The notes under the pieces were generated by a model that saw only the letters and a program-made list of their open reading frames with translations, ran no database searches and was not told the origin of the DNA. 64,000 nt of DNA from an uncultured delta proteobacterium (GTDB lineage: Bacteria; Desulfobacterota; Binatia; UBA9968): assembly GCA_963771465.1 (NCBI GenBank), contig CAVYTU010000015.1, positions 256,001-320,000 on the forward strand. Reading direction: 5' to 3'. How positions within the stretch are numbered: the stretch's first letter is position 1; the number at the start of each line of letters is the position of its first letter. Positions 1 through 10,426 of this stretch are shown piece by piece. A program made the position numbers and the translations under genes.

Positions 1-603
1 TTTCGCGCGGTTTTTCTGCGCGCCAATCCCTTGGTCGATCACCAGTGGCAAAGCGAATACTACGAACCGTTGTGGGATGCTTTGGAAGCGCTCAATCTCT
101 CTCTGGGCTTTCATGAATCCACCGGCACGGGCAGAAACCAGATCGGCGAGCGCTTGGAGCCCAACTTCATGCTGCGCCGCGTTTACGCCCAACCATTCGA
201 GCAGATGCTCGCGCTCGGCGCCTTCTGTGCCGGCGGCGTGTTCGCGCGCCATCCCAAAATGCGTGTGGCATTTTTGGAGGCCAACTGTAGCTGGCTACCC
301 TGGCTACTCTGGCGCCTCGATGAAGCTTGGGAACTCGACGGCGACGTTTGGGCCCCTGACGTCAAGCTCAAACCGAGCGAGTATTTTAAAAAACACTGCG
401 TTGTCTCCATCGAACCGGACGAAGTCATCGCCAACAACGTCATCGAACAGGTCGGCAATACCCAATTGGTTTTCTCCACCGACTATCCGCACGTCGACTC
501 GCGTTACCCCGAAGCGGTCAATCATTTTCTCAAATTGCCCTTCACCGACACCGACAAGCGAAAGATTTTGTGGGACAATTGCGCGGCGTATTATGCGATG
601 TGA
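1..603 (+). CDS. Amidohydrolase_2 family protein (5' end outside window)
   Basis: Frame open from base 1; motifs GFHE, AFLEANCSWLP, FSTDYPH and C-terminal KILWDN typical of amidohydrolase_2/decarboxylase family. Confidence 0.9.
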   Translation, partial: FRAVFLRANPLVDHQWQSEYYEPLWDALEALNLSLGFHESTGTGRNQIGERLEPNFMLRRVYAQPFEQMLALGAFCAGGVFARHPKMRVAFLEANCSWLPWLLWRLDEAWELDGDVWAPDVKLKPSEYFKKHCVVSIEPDEVIANNVIEQVGNTQLVFSTDYPHVDSRYPEAVNHFLKLPFTDTDKRKILWDNCAAYYAM

Positions 604-642
604 GGGCTAGATTGCGCTACGAGCTTGGCCAGAGGGAACCCG

Positions 643-1767
643 ATGACGAGCTGCTTACCAGTGTGGGCATTTAGTCTTCTCATTGTCGCTCTTAGTTTCA
701 GCGCGGCCCAGGGGGCGTCCAGCACGAGTACCGACGGCTCGCGGACGGATTGGGAATCCATGGTTGCCGCAGCCAAGAAAGAGGGAAAGGTTGTTATATA
801 CGGCGCTCCAGGAGTCGAAGTCGATACGCTGTTTAAGCAATATTTTGAAGTAGCCTACCCGGGAATCAAGATCGAGTCAGTGGCGGACCGCAGCGCCACG
901 GAAAGGATCGTCGCTGAGCGGAGAGCTGGAAAGTTCATCCCCGATGTCTATTTGGGTTCGGCAAGCAGCAATGATTTCTCATCTCTGCGGGCCCAAGGCG
1001 TGTATCAGCCGCTGCGACCCTTTTTGGTTCTCCCAGAGGTCGTCGATGAATCAAAATGGTTCGACGGTAAGCTCTGGTTCATCGACAAAGAAGAAAAGTA
1101 TAGCCTAGCTTATGCGGTGGCAGTGGGGACATTGATTGCGGTCAACACCAACATGGTTAACCCCAATGAGATCACCTCGTATACCCAGCTGGTGGATCCC
1201 CGATGGCGCGGCAAGATCGTCAGCAACGACATCCTTAGAGGCGCCAGCGGCACGGGAGGCGGGCTGATCAAATTCCTATATCTTCATCCCAACCTGGGTC
1301 CTAATTTTTTAAAGAAGCTCTTCGGCGAAATGGATATTACCTATGCACGCGATATGCGGCAGATGATCGATTGGTTAGGTCAGGGACGCTTCGCGTTCGC
1401 GCTTTTTCCGGCTTGGACCGACACTGAAAAAGCCGGTCGAATCGGCCTTCCGGTGGCCATGGTGAATTCGAAGCGGATGAAGGAAGGCTTCCCGGTGGTT
1501 TCGGGGCGGCGCAGCGTCATGGTTCTGAACCCTGCGCCGCACCCTAATGCGACAAAGGTTTTTGTCAACTGGTTGCTCTCACGCACAGGGCAAGCCAGCA
1601 TGGAAAAGGTGCTCACCTATCCGTCGCTGCGCGTTGACACGCCGACGAAGAGTCTTCTTCCCGATCTACTGGTTCCGGAAAAAGGCATGGACTTTACATT
1701 TCTCTCACTGGAAAAATACTGGCATCTGGACAACGAGATTCATCAGCTACTAAAGAACTTGAAGTGA
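643..1767 (+). CDS. Extracellular solute-binding protein (Fe3+/polyamine-type ABC SBP family)
   Basis: Signal peptide; AAKKEGKVVIY, DPRWRGKI and APHPNATKVFVNWLLS motifs; ATG at 643 after GAGGGA. Confidence 0.85.
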   Translation: MTSCLPVWAFSLLIVALSFSAAQGASSTSTDGSRTDWESMVAAAKKEGKVVIYGAPGVEVDTLFKQYFEVAYPGIKIESVADRSATERIVAERRAGKFIPDVYLGSASSNDFSSLRAQGVYQPLRPFLVLPEVVDESKWFDGKLWFIDKEEKYSLAYAVAVGTLIAVNTNMVNPNEITSYTQLVDPRWRGKIVSNDILRGASGTGGGLIKFLYLHPNLGPNFLKKLFGEMDITYARDMRQMIDWLGQGRFAFALFPAWTDTEKAGRIGLPVAMVNSKRMKEGFPVVSGRRSVMVLNPAPHPNATKVFVNWLLSRTGQASMEKVLTYPSLRVDTPTKSLLPDLLVPEKGMDFTFLSLEKYWHLDNEIHQLLKNLK

Positions 1768-1954
1768 TCTATTCACGCTTTATTTCTAATCCACCCGGCC
1801 GCTGGGTCCGTGATCTTTAGATTGTCGCGCCGTCGTCGCAGGATTTGTTATCCCACGCAGCAAAAGCTGTCGCCGCCTGATTGCCTCGAAGACGACCGGA
1901 TGTATCCGGAAGAACTGAATAGGCTAAATTCCCGCGCTGTGATATGGAGTAATC

Positions 1955-2281
1955 ATGAAGATCCCCCCAGCATTTATTCTCGCCGCCGCATTGTCGGCTA
2001 TGCCCTTTACGTTTGGCTGCCAAACGACGACACCCGGCACTCCAGTGGAAATTCCGACTGTCGAAACTCCACAAGACCAGGCACTGTCGAAGGCCGTGCG
2101 GGATAGACTGCTCGCGGATAAGAAAGTGGATCTGACCGGCATCAACGTCGTATCCAACGGCGGCACAGTCTACCTGAGCGGAATGGTGCAGTCGTTGGAT
2201 GCGCGCCAACAAGCCATCAAGATCGCCTGGGAAGTGCGCGGCGTACAGAGCGTCGTCAACAGTCTTGAAGTTCAAAAATAA
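1955..2281 (+). CDS. BON domain lipoprotein (OsmY-like)
   Basis: Lipobox-like TFGC; single BON domain (INVVSNGGTVYLSGMV...VRGVQSVVNSLEV). Confidence 0.88.
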   Translation: MKIPPAFILAAALSAMPFTFGCQTTTPGTPVEIPTVETPQDQALSKAVRDRLLADKKVDLTGINVVSNGGTVYLSGMVQSLDARQQAIKIAWEVRGVQSVVNSLEVQK

Positions 2282-2398
2282 TCGCCGATGCTTTGGCGAT
2301 CGCGCGAGCGATGACTGCCAGGAATCCGTAATGACTTTCCATTGACGACGCCGCAAGCCATCGGCCAGCGTCCATTACGTTCTTGAGTGAGGCGCACT

Positions 2399-3517
2399 AT
2401 GAAAATGGATTTTTTGAAATCCCGCGGTTTAGCGTTCTTAACGGTGATATGGTTAGCGGCTGAAACTTTTGCCGCGGAGTCGGCGCCTAACCTGTCAAAG
2501 GCGAAACAACAGGCTGACGCAAAAGGCTACACCTTCATCACGAATCACGACGAAATAGTTGCCAAGGCGAAGAAAGAGGGCAAACTCCGCGTCACGGCAG
2601 CCATGGATGCCGCCAATATTAAAATCTATGGCGCTGCCTTCCAAAAGAAATACCCGTTCATCGACATCGATGGCAGGGAGAGCAATGGGCCGGATGTTGC
2701 CCAGCGAATTCTGCGCGAGATTCAGAGCGGAATGGCCAAAGACTGGGATATCGTCCTGGTCTACGCTGAATACCGGAGCGAATATACCCCACATCTATGG
2801 AACGTCGATCTTCTTGGCATGGCCAACCACGGAGTGCTCCAGATACCGCCTGCCATGATCGACGCAAAATATGGAAATGTCATTTCACCCCATACCCATT
2901 TCCAAGTCACGGCTTACAATCCAAAACTGGTTGCCGCCAACTTGCTACCAAAGACTTGGGAAGACCTCCTTAAGCCGGAACTGATGGGAAAAAAGTTTGC
3001 TGTCGATACTCGACCGAAGGATATCGCTGCGCTGGTTCCGGCCTGGGGCTTGGAGAAGACTTTAGACTTTGCCCGCAAGCTCGCCGCCCAGCAGCCTATC
3101 TGGGTGCTTAATCCAAGTAGAACCTTTGCCTCCATCATGGCGGGGGAGATCCCAATGATGATTGGCGCCAATTTCAAAGGGGTCAAAGGAGCCCAGCGCA
3201 AGGATCGCATCGGCGCGCTGCAATATGTCGTCACTGAGCCCGTGCCCGTGCGGTTTGGTAATTTGCAGGCGGTTGCAGCGACCACACAGCGTCCCCATGC
3301 CGCGCTGCTCTGGCTCGAATGGCTGGCCAGCCCGGAGGCGCAAAAATTAATCGACGAACACGAGCCATTCAACTCTTCGTTATCCGTAAAGGGTGGGGCG
3401 GTGGCAGAAGAATTAAAGGGTAGAAAGCTATCCCTGACAACCTGGGAGAACCACCATTACATGGAGCAGTGGGAAGCAAAAATAGTCGAGGCCTACGGTT
3501 TTCCAAAGGCTAAATAG
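2399..3517 (+). CDS. Extracellular solute-binding protein
   Basis: Signal peptide; AKAKKEGKL, PKTWEDLLKPE and RPHAALLWLEWLASPEAQ motifs. Confidence 0.85.
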   Translation: MKMDFLKSRGLAFLTVIWLAAETFAAESAPNLSKAKQQADAKGYTFITNHDEIVAKAKKEGKLRVTAAMDAANIKIYGAAFQKKYPFIDIDGRESNGPDVAQRILREIQSGMAKDWDIVLVYAEYRSEYTPHLWNVDLLGMANHGVLQIPPAMIDAKYGNVISPHTHFQVTAYNPKLVAANLLPKTWEDLLKPELMGKKFAVDTRPKDIAALVPAWGLEKTLDFARKLAAQQPIWVLNPSRTFASIMAGEIPMMIGANFKGVKGAQRKDRIGALQYVVTEPVPVRFGNLQAVAATTQRPHAALLWLEWLASPEAQKLIDEHEPFNSSLSVKGGAVAEELKGRKLSLTTWENHHYMEQWEAKIVEAYGFPKAK

Positions 3518-3539
3518 TTCTCACTGAAAAAGTAAGAAT

Positions 3540-3615
3540 GCTTCGACAGGGATCAGCGTGGACGAAACGAGATAAAATCAGTTATTTAGCGGTTCGTCCT
3601 GAGCATTATCGAAGG
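3540..3615. repeat. Degenerate REP-like intergenic palindrome
   Basis: CTTCGACAGGGATCAGCGTGGACGAA ... TTCGTCCTGAGCATTATCGAAG imperfect inverted repeat just downstream of the SBP stop. Confidence 0.5.
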
Positions 3616-3686
3616 TTTCTTGTCGAGTTTGCACACCGTCTGCCAGAGCGCGGAATCTTTTCTTGCGATTTGCTTGGGAGAGTTAA

Positions 3687-5056
3687 ATGGAAACAGTGGC
3701 GAACAGTTTGGCCGAACTTGTGTCAGACATCCGATTCAATAATTTGCCGCAGGAGGTTGTGAAAGAAACAAAGCGGCGGGTCCTGGATGCCTTGGGCTGC
3801 GCCTTCGGCGGCTTTGATGGCGAGCCGAGCGTCATCATGCGAAACGTGGCGGCTGACTTAGGAGGGAAACCCGAGTCCACCGTTCTTGGCGCTACCGACC
3901 GAACATCGTGCGAGAAGGCTGCTCTGGTGAATTCGACGATGCTGCGCTATTTGGATTACATGGACTCTCACGCGGGTCCTGATGCCTGCCATCCCTGTTT
4001 TAATATTCCGCCTTGTCTAGCTGTCGCCGAGCGCGTCAGCGCCAGCGGCAAAGATCTGATAGCCGCGATTGTGGCCGGGTATGAGATCCAGATTCGTTTC
4101 CAAGAGGCGTGCAAGATCGGCTCTCGCGGCTGGTTCAGCGGCACCTACCTGGAATTTTCCGTGCCCCTGGCGGTTGGCAAGCTTCTGGGTCTCGACGTTG
4201 ATCGATTGACGAACGCGCTGGCTATCGCTGCGACTCACGCCAACGCCTTGAGCGTCAACAGTCGCACCATTCCTGCCAGCAAGAGCGTTGCCGATGGCAT
4301 GGTGGCATCGACCGGAATTCTCGGGGCTCTCATGGCTGGCGCGGGGCTAACCGGGCCTACGGATATTCTCGACAGCGCGGGTGTATTTGAAAAAGCGGTG
4401 GCGGGAGCGATCGATATGGAGCGTCTGCTGGCGCCTGTGGTTGAGTGTAAGGTGATGGAAGTGAATACCAAGTGGTTCAACACTGTTCGTACCGCGCAGA
4501 CTGCCGTAACCAGTATGTTTAGCTTGCTCGAAAAGCACCGCCTAAGCTGGCGCGACATCGAGGCCATTACTCTGTTTCTACCGACAAAGGAACACATTGG
4601 CCACGACGGAATATGGAACAGTCCATCCAGGCTGAGACCGCAGAATCGAGACACCGCCAATCACAGTCTGATTTACAGCTTGGCAGTCGCCACGGTGGAT
4701 CGAGAACTCGGACCTGAACAGTACACCGATGCCAAGCTGCGCGATCCTAATGTTCTCTCTATTATTGATCGCACCATGCTTCAGTCGGACGCTGCTCTTG
4801 ACAGCATTGGCCGGCAGCTGCCGTAAGCCGCGTGGTTCTTAGAACAAAGAACGGCCAGAGCTGTGAGGCGACAACTCTCTATCCGCCCGGGCACCACAAA
4901 AACCGCGTCACCGATGAACTAATCCAGCAAAAGTTTACCAAGCTCACGAGCCAAGTGCTCAGCAAAGAAAAGCAAGCAGCCATCATCCAAACAGTTGGAC
5001 GCCTGGAGGAGCTCGATTCAGTAAAGGAACTCACGATCCATTTAGGCGGGGAATAA
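3687..5056 (+). CDS. MmgE/PrpD family protein, frameshifted near 4802 (pseudogene or sequencing error)
   Basis: ORFs 3687-4826 and 4832-5056 join via HWPAAAVSRVVLR if one base is restored near 4802, giving about 456 aa; LRYLDYMD, AIVAGYEI and YPPGH motifs. Confidence 0.85.
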
Positions 5057-5222
5057 GCGAGCGCGAGAAGTAAGGATGGACGCGACCCTTGCCGTAGTCC
5101 GCTCTGCGCACTGGTATCTTTCAATGGTTTCGTCAACACTCGGCGCCCGCGCTCGTTGCAAAACGGTTGAACAATAAAATCGGAATATAAAAATGACTCT
5201 ATATCCAGGCGCCAATCACCAG

Positions 5223-5645
5223 TTATATTAGCCTCATCAACGGAATCTCTCGACGCGTTCGTTGTTGATAGGTTTCGAACTGAGGGTATAACTGCACCAA
5301 CCTACGCCAGATAACCTTTTTCTCGTCCGGCGAGAGCTTGCGTGCCGAAACCCTCCGGTGCTCACCCTTTACGACGACTTCGGCGTCCGGACATTGCTCA
5401 AGATTGAGATACCATGCCGGATGCATGTCATTTCCCCCGAAAGAGGCGACAACAATGAAGCTCGTTTCATCTTGGAGATAGAGAACCGGTGTCGTTCTGC
5501 TCCGTCCTGTCTTCCGACCCGTCGTGGTGAGCATCATCAACGGCAATCTTCCGAGCACGTTGTGTAGTTTTCCACCGCATAACTTCCACAACCAGGTGTG
5601 AAGTCGTCCCAGCCGGCGAATCGTGTTCGGCTTTAGGCCAGCCAT
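5223..5645 (-). CDS. Deazaflavin (F420)-dependent nitroreductase family protein (DDN)
   Basis: LTTTGRKTG.SRTTP, VASFGG..HPAWYLNL and YQQRTRREIP motifs. Confidence 0.92.
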   Translation of the reverse strand: MAGLKPNTIRRLGRLHTWLWKLCGGKLHNVLGRLPLMMLTTTGRKTGRSRTTPVLYLQDETSFIVVASFGGNDMHPAWYLNLEQCPDAEVVVKGEHRRVSARKLSPDEKKVIWRRLVQLYPQFETYQQRTRREIPLMRLI

Positions 5646-5952
5646 TTTCTTCCAGCTTGGGTACGACAGTCGCCCGCTCGGTTACGCGACGGCGAAATCA
5701 GGGGAGTTGTGGAAAACCATCAACGGGTCGGGCCGCAGCGGCAAGATGGCAAACGCGCGACCATCGCGATCGGTGAACTTTGCTTCGCGCGCGCGACATA
5801 TTCTCGCATCTGTCAGAAACGAGATCTACTTTTATTTCCGACTTTGTTTTCAGATTTGTTGTGAGGTAAAAACCTGCCTTCGAAATTTTACCCTCAACAT
5901 TTCCTTGCACAGGAAAGACTTATACGTTGTTCGTCGTCTCTGTCGTGCATCC

Positions 5953-6888
5953 TTAGATCAAACAGTACGGGGGTGGCTCAAGATTCTGTGACGCCAGTTG
6001 AACGACGAGCAAAGTTGCACCGGTATCGCTAGAGGTGGCGGAATAAGGCGCATCAGCCGGATAATACATGCATGAGACGGCCTTGTAGCGGTCACCTTCA
6101 TAGATAGCCTCACCTTCGATGATGTAGCGAACTTGCTGACACGGCGCAGTTCCTGGATGAGTGCTGGCTCCGGGCTCAATTTTGACTAGCTTAATATTTG
6201 GTCCAACCTCGTTGAAATAACCCAGGTGTTTTACCGAAACTCCCGCGGCCCCTTTCAAAGAATGCCAGGGATGATTGTAGGAACGCATGATCACAATGTC
6301 AGAGTAGCGCGCTGGCGGATACTTAAGTTCATCGCCCATGAGATGCTCGACCACCGCCTCGCTCCCGTCCTGTTTGCGTCCGTCAGGCCGCACGAATATG
6401 CCTCCTTCAAACTTTCCGATCTGTTCCAGTTCCCGCTGAGCTCGGGCGAGATCCTCTGGATGGGGTTTTGGGGTTCTCGATGGACCGGTGAACTGCATTG
6501 TGAGCCCAATCTTCTCCTCCGAAACGGAAGCATCTTCGGGCCCGTACGAAACTCCCTCTGGCAAATAAATACAATCACCCGGGCCATACACTTCACGTCC
6601 ATACTTCACTTTGCCGCTCAGTATGAAGCGGACCTGATCGAAAATGTGCCTGTGGCGCGGTGTATAGCGTGTCGACTTTGTAATATTCACCGCCGCCCTG
6701 ATGGCAATCCCCCGTTCGTGGTCGAAGAAACCAAAGTTTTTACCCCTTCTCCCATTAGCTCTATGCGCAGTCTCCTGCCACCCCGATTCATTCCCGCTAA
6801 TAACTACGGGATGGGTAAGCGGGCCATTCATGGCAATTTTTTCCCAATTCTCTTTGTTTTGCATATTCTCCACGGCCAATCCCTCCAC
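5953..6888 (-). CDS. Uncharacterised bicupin-like protein (start uncertain)
   Basis: His motif PRHRHIFDQVRF followed by YGPGDCIYLPEGVSYGP; second degenerate cupin half; paralog of 8021-8926. Confidence 0.7.
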   Translation of the reverse strand: MEGLAVENMQNKENWEKIAMNGPLTHPVVISGNESGWQETAHRANGRRGKNFGFFDHERGIAIRAAVNITKSTRYTPRHRHIFDQVRFILSGKVKYGREVYGPGDCIYLPEGVSYGPEDASVSEEKIGLTMQFTGPSRTPKPHPEDLARAQRELEQIGKFEGGIFVRPDGRKQDGSEAVVEHLMGDELKYPPARYSDIVIMRSYNHPWHSLKGAAGVSVKHLGYFNEVGPNIKLVKIEPGASTHPGTAPCQQVRYIIEGEAIYEGDRYKAVSCMYYPADAPYSATSSDTGATLLVVQLASQNLEPPPYCLI

Positions 6889-6920
6889 TCAAACTATCAG
6901 CGTCGACAGTGAAAGCTCGG

Positions 6921-7970
6921 TTAGTTAAAACCCCATGCAGCGTGAATCTTTTTGGTGATGGGCGGGATATATTGTGTTTCATCCCAACCGCCAAAGACAA
7001 TCTTGGCGCCAGCTTTTTTGACCAATTCCCATTTCTCGCTTCCCTCCGCGAAAGGCGAGCCTTTGCCAACCGCATCGTAACCCTTTTGCCCCTGCGGCGA
7101 CGCCAGATACCCCGCCAACAGCAACGCGGCATTTGGATTCTTGCTTCCTTTCATGATCCCGAGGGTTTCAATGATACCCGTAGAAACTTCCGTTGGAACA
7201 GACACGGCTATTTTGGCGGTGGTGTCACGCCGCAAAATTTGCTTAGCCGTTTGATAGAATGTGCCACACACCATCGGAAATTCTCCGATGGCCAACAAGG
7301 GCAAGGTTTCAGCAGGCGATCTTTTCCAAATCGGTTGGTTATTTTTGAGCTTGGTTACGTAGTCTATGGTCTTGGCTTCGCCCCAAGCCCGGGAAAGATT
7401 GGCAAATATTCGGGCGCGCGTATCAACCACAAACCTGCCCTTCCAATAGGGGTCTAAACAGTCGTCCCATTTTTTTGGCACTCGCTCTGGAGGAACAAGG
7501 GATGGATTGTACGCGAAGACATGGAAACCGAAGGCGACGCCGGCAAAATATCCGTCCGGGCTAAAATGGCTCTCCGCCACTTCCGGAAACAGTTTACGCC
7601 ACTCAAACGGGCCGGCGAGCACTTTTGTTTTCAAGTACATTGTCCGCAGCTCAGAAACCACATCCACCAAGTCGTATCCCACAACACCGCCAATGGCCTC
7701 CGTCATAATTCGCTCTCGCGTGGATGAACCGCCGATCTGTTGAGTGTGCTCTATTTTGATCATTGGATACTTCTGGTAAAAGCCTTTAAAAACCACCGGC
7801 TCATCATCGGGGGCAAGGCTGCTGTCCATGCGAACTTTTCCTTCCTTCATTGCCAGCTTTGTAATCTCGTCGATGTTCTTGCCAATAACACTTTGAGCCC
7901 AGCCAACTGTGTGAGAGCCACAGACCAATAGGACGACCAAGAGGCCGGCGCTGAATTTTCCGGTGGACAT
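6921..7970 (-). CDS. Extracellular solute-binding protein
   Basis: Signal peptide from ATG 7970; AMKEGKV, PKKWDDCLDPYWKG and NPNAALLLAGYLASPQGQ motifs. Confidence 0.85.
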   Translation of the reverse strand: MSTGKFSAGLLVVLLVCGSHTVGWAQSVIGKNIDEITKLAMKEGKVRMDSSLAPDDEPVVFKGFYQKYPMIKIEHTQQIGGSSTRERIMTEAIGGVVGYDLVDVVSELRTMYLKTKVLAGPFEWRKLFPEVAESHFSPDGYFAGVAFGFHVFAYNPSLVPPERVPKKWDDCLDPYWKGRFVVDTRARIFANLSRAWGEAKTIDYVTKLKNNQPIWKRSPAETLPLLAIGEFPMVCGTFYQTAKQILRRDTTAKIAVSVPTEVSTGIIETLGIMKGSKNPNAALLLAGYLASPQGQKGYDAVGKGSPFAEGSEKWELVKKAGAKIVFGGWDETQYIPPITKKIHAAWGFN

Positions 7971-8020
7971 CGCTCGATACTGAATCACCACAACAACTAC
8001 CCCCTTTAAGAAAACAAAAA

Positions 8021-8926
8021 CTAGATCAAACAAAAATCAGGCGGCTTTCCGCCGTGAACTCCCAATTGAATTACTAACAACGTCGCACCTGTGGAAGTGA
8101 CGGTATTGGAATATGCAGAATTGGGAGGAATGAGCATGCATGAAACGGAATTATAACTCTCTCCCTCATACGTAATCTCCCCTTCCAAAACATAACGAAC
8201 CTGTAAGAAGGGAACTTTACCCGACGGAGTTTCTGAGTTGGGATCCATTTTCACGATCTTGATATTAGGACCGCGCTCATTGAAATATCCTAGGTGCTTT
8301 ACATTGACGCCCGAAAGACCATCCAACGGCTGCCAGGGAAATTTTTCCTGGCGCATGATGACGTAGTCGTGGTAGCGCGCCTCCGGATACTTTACCTTAC
8401 CGCCGGTAAGATACTCATGAATGGCTTCGAAGGAATCCTGCTTGTGCCCATCCGACCAGATAAAGATGCCTTTTTCGAATTTGCCGATTCCCTTTTCCGG
8501 CATCTCCTTCTGAGCTCTCAAGATGTCAGGCACCACCGGCGTCGGGAGACCCGAGGGGCCGGGAAAATGGAAAACGATACGCCGGTTTTCCTGGTGCCCC
8601 TCAGCAGTCCGCGTGGGGCCGTAAGAAACTCCTTCCGGAATGTAGACGCAATCACCTTCCTGTAGAACATCCTTGCCGTAACTTTCCGCCCCGCGATAAT
8701 AATAGCGCACGACCTCATCCACGTGCTTGTGGCGCGGATTTAACCGTTCAGGCGTGTACGTCGCAATGCTGGCTCTGACCGTTATTCCATGCTCGGGGTC
8801 ATAAAACCCGAAGAGTTTACTATGTCTGCCGCCGCCTCGATGCGAAGCTCCTCGTGTCGGGCCTTCATCTTCTCTGATAATGACAGGACCTTTCAGAGGA
8901 TCCTTGAAGGGATCAACCTTGGGCAT
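8021..8926 (-). CDS. Uncharacterised bicupin-like protein
   Basis: AAGGAG RBS; PRHKHVDEVVRY...GDCVYIPEGVSYGP; colinear with 5953-6888 through the C-terminal CLI. Confidence 0.72.
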   Translation of the reverse strand: MPKVDPFKDPLKGPVIIREDEGPTRGASHRGGGRHSKLFGFYDPEHGITVRASIATYTPERLNPRHKHVDEVVRYYYRGAESYGKDVLQEGDCVYIPEGVSYGPTRTAEGHQENRRIVFHFPGPSGLPTPVVPDILRAQKEMPEKGIGKFEKGIFIWSDGHKQDSFEAIHEYLTGGKVKYPEARYHDYVIMRQEKFPWQPLDGLSGVNVKHLGYFNERGPNIKIVKMDPNSETPSGKVPFLQVRYVLEGEITYEGESYNSVSCMLIPPNSAYSNTVTSTGATLLVIQLGVHGGKPPDFCLI

Positions 8927-9206
8927 TACTAGACTCCTTTTTGAATTTTCTGTGCGTGGCTTTGTGCGTGGCTCTCATCTGGGCGGATACCACACACCTC
9001 TCGACTGAGTCAAGGAACATGCGTCTGTTTTCATTTCATTTGGGGTCAGGCACTGTTCCGCACCGTCATCCATCAGGATCAAGAAATGGAGTGCTCCTTG
9101 ATAGAAAAAGTCTCCCAGTCTCCAACGGCTTCTTATCATCCGCAAAATCTCGGTTGAACTTTAGCGCGGTTGCGAACTCTTGAACGTTTTGAACCTGGGA
9201 CGGGGT

Positions 9207-10426
9207 CTACTCATACCTCAACGCCTCGATCGGATCCAAACTGGCGGCTTTCTTGGCGGGGTAGAATCCGAAGAAGATGCCGACGGCGCCGGAGAAGAGA
9301 AAGGCGATGGCGACGATCTCCGGCCTGACTAATGTCGGCCACTGGGCCCACTCTTTTAAAACTTCCGAGCTGCCGATGCCGAGAACGATGCCGATCAACC
9401 CGCCGGTGGCGGCCATGACGACGGCTTCGACGAGGAATTGCAGCATGATGTCGCGGCTGCGCGCGCCGACGGCCATGCGGATGCCGATCTCGCGGGTGCG
9501 CTCGGTGACCGACACCAGCATGATGTTCATGATGCCGATGCCGCCGACCAAGAGCGAGATACCGGCGACGCTGCCGAGCAGGATCGCCATTACCCGCGCC
9601 GTGCTCTGCGCCGCTTCGGCGATGTCGGACAAATTGCGCACGGTGAAATCATCTTCGCGGCCTTCCGCGATGCGGTGGCGCTGGCGCAGCAGCAGCGCTA
9701 TTTGCTCCTCCGCTTCCTGCACGCGCTCGGCGTTGATCGCCCGAACGACAATGCTCTGCACCCAAGTAATCCGCATGAGCCGCTTTTGCATCGTGGTGTA
9801 CGGGATCATGACCGTGTCATCTTGATCGGTTCCCTGGCCGGTCTGGCCTTTGGCCACCAAAGTGCCGACGATGCGAAACGGGATATTGCGGATACGGATG
9901 ACAGAATCAATGGGATCGTCCCTGCCGAACAACTGACGCGCCACGGTCTGGCCGATGACGGCAACTTTGGCGGCGCTATCCATATCGCCTTCGTGCAAAA
10001 AACGTCCCGACTCGACCTGCCAATCGCGAATCTGCTGAAACTCCGGCGCTACGCCCTGGGCCAGGCTGCCCCAATTCAAATTGCCGGCGATCAACTTGTT
10101 CCTGGCGGCGCATGACCGGCGAAGCGAATGCAACTGACGGTAGCTCGCGAGCGATCGCGCGCGGAATCGCCGTCGACCAATGTATTCACATTGCCGGTGC
10201 CGGCGCGCACACCGCCTTGGACGTTGCTGCCGGGCAAAATGATCAAGACATTGGTGCCCAAGCTGGCGATCTGCGAGCGAATCGTCGACTTGGCGCCTTC
10301 GCCGATGGCGACCATGGCGATCACCGCGCCGACGCCGATGATGATGCCAAGCATGGTGAGAAAAGCGCGGAGCTTATTTCTCGCCAGCGCGCGCAGGGCA
10401 ATTCTCAGAGTCATTAACCACTGCAT
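9207..10426 (-). CDS. MacB-family ABC transporter permease, two frameshifts near 10163 and 10097
   Basis: RNKLRAFLTMLGIIIGV N-terminus and VGGIGIMNIMLVSVTERTREIGIRMAVGA...LDPIEALRYE C-terminus; bridging frame RAIARELPSVAFASPVMRRQEQ restores about 405 aa. Confidence 0.9.

Noticed and set aside
5623-5991. Small ORFs between the DDN gene and the bicupin
   Set aside because: No RBS, motif or coding-like composition; treated as intergenic
8021-8035. C-terminal CLI of the bicupins as a CaaX prenylation signal linked to fni
   Set aside because: Only two residues follow the Cys, and no protein prenyltransferase is present
10090-10170. Programmed frameshifting in the MacB permease
   Set aside because: Two separate single-base shifts with no slippery heptamer; more likely sequencing error or decay
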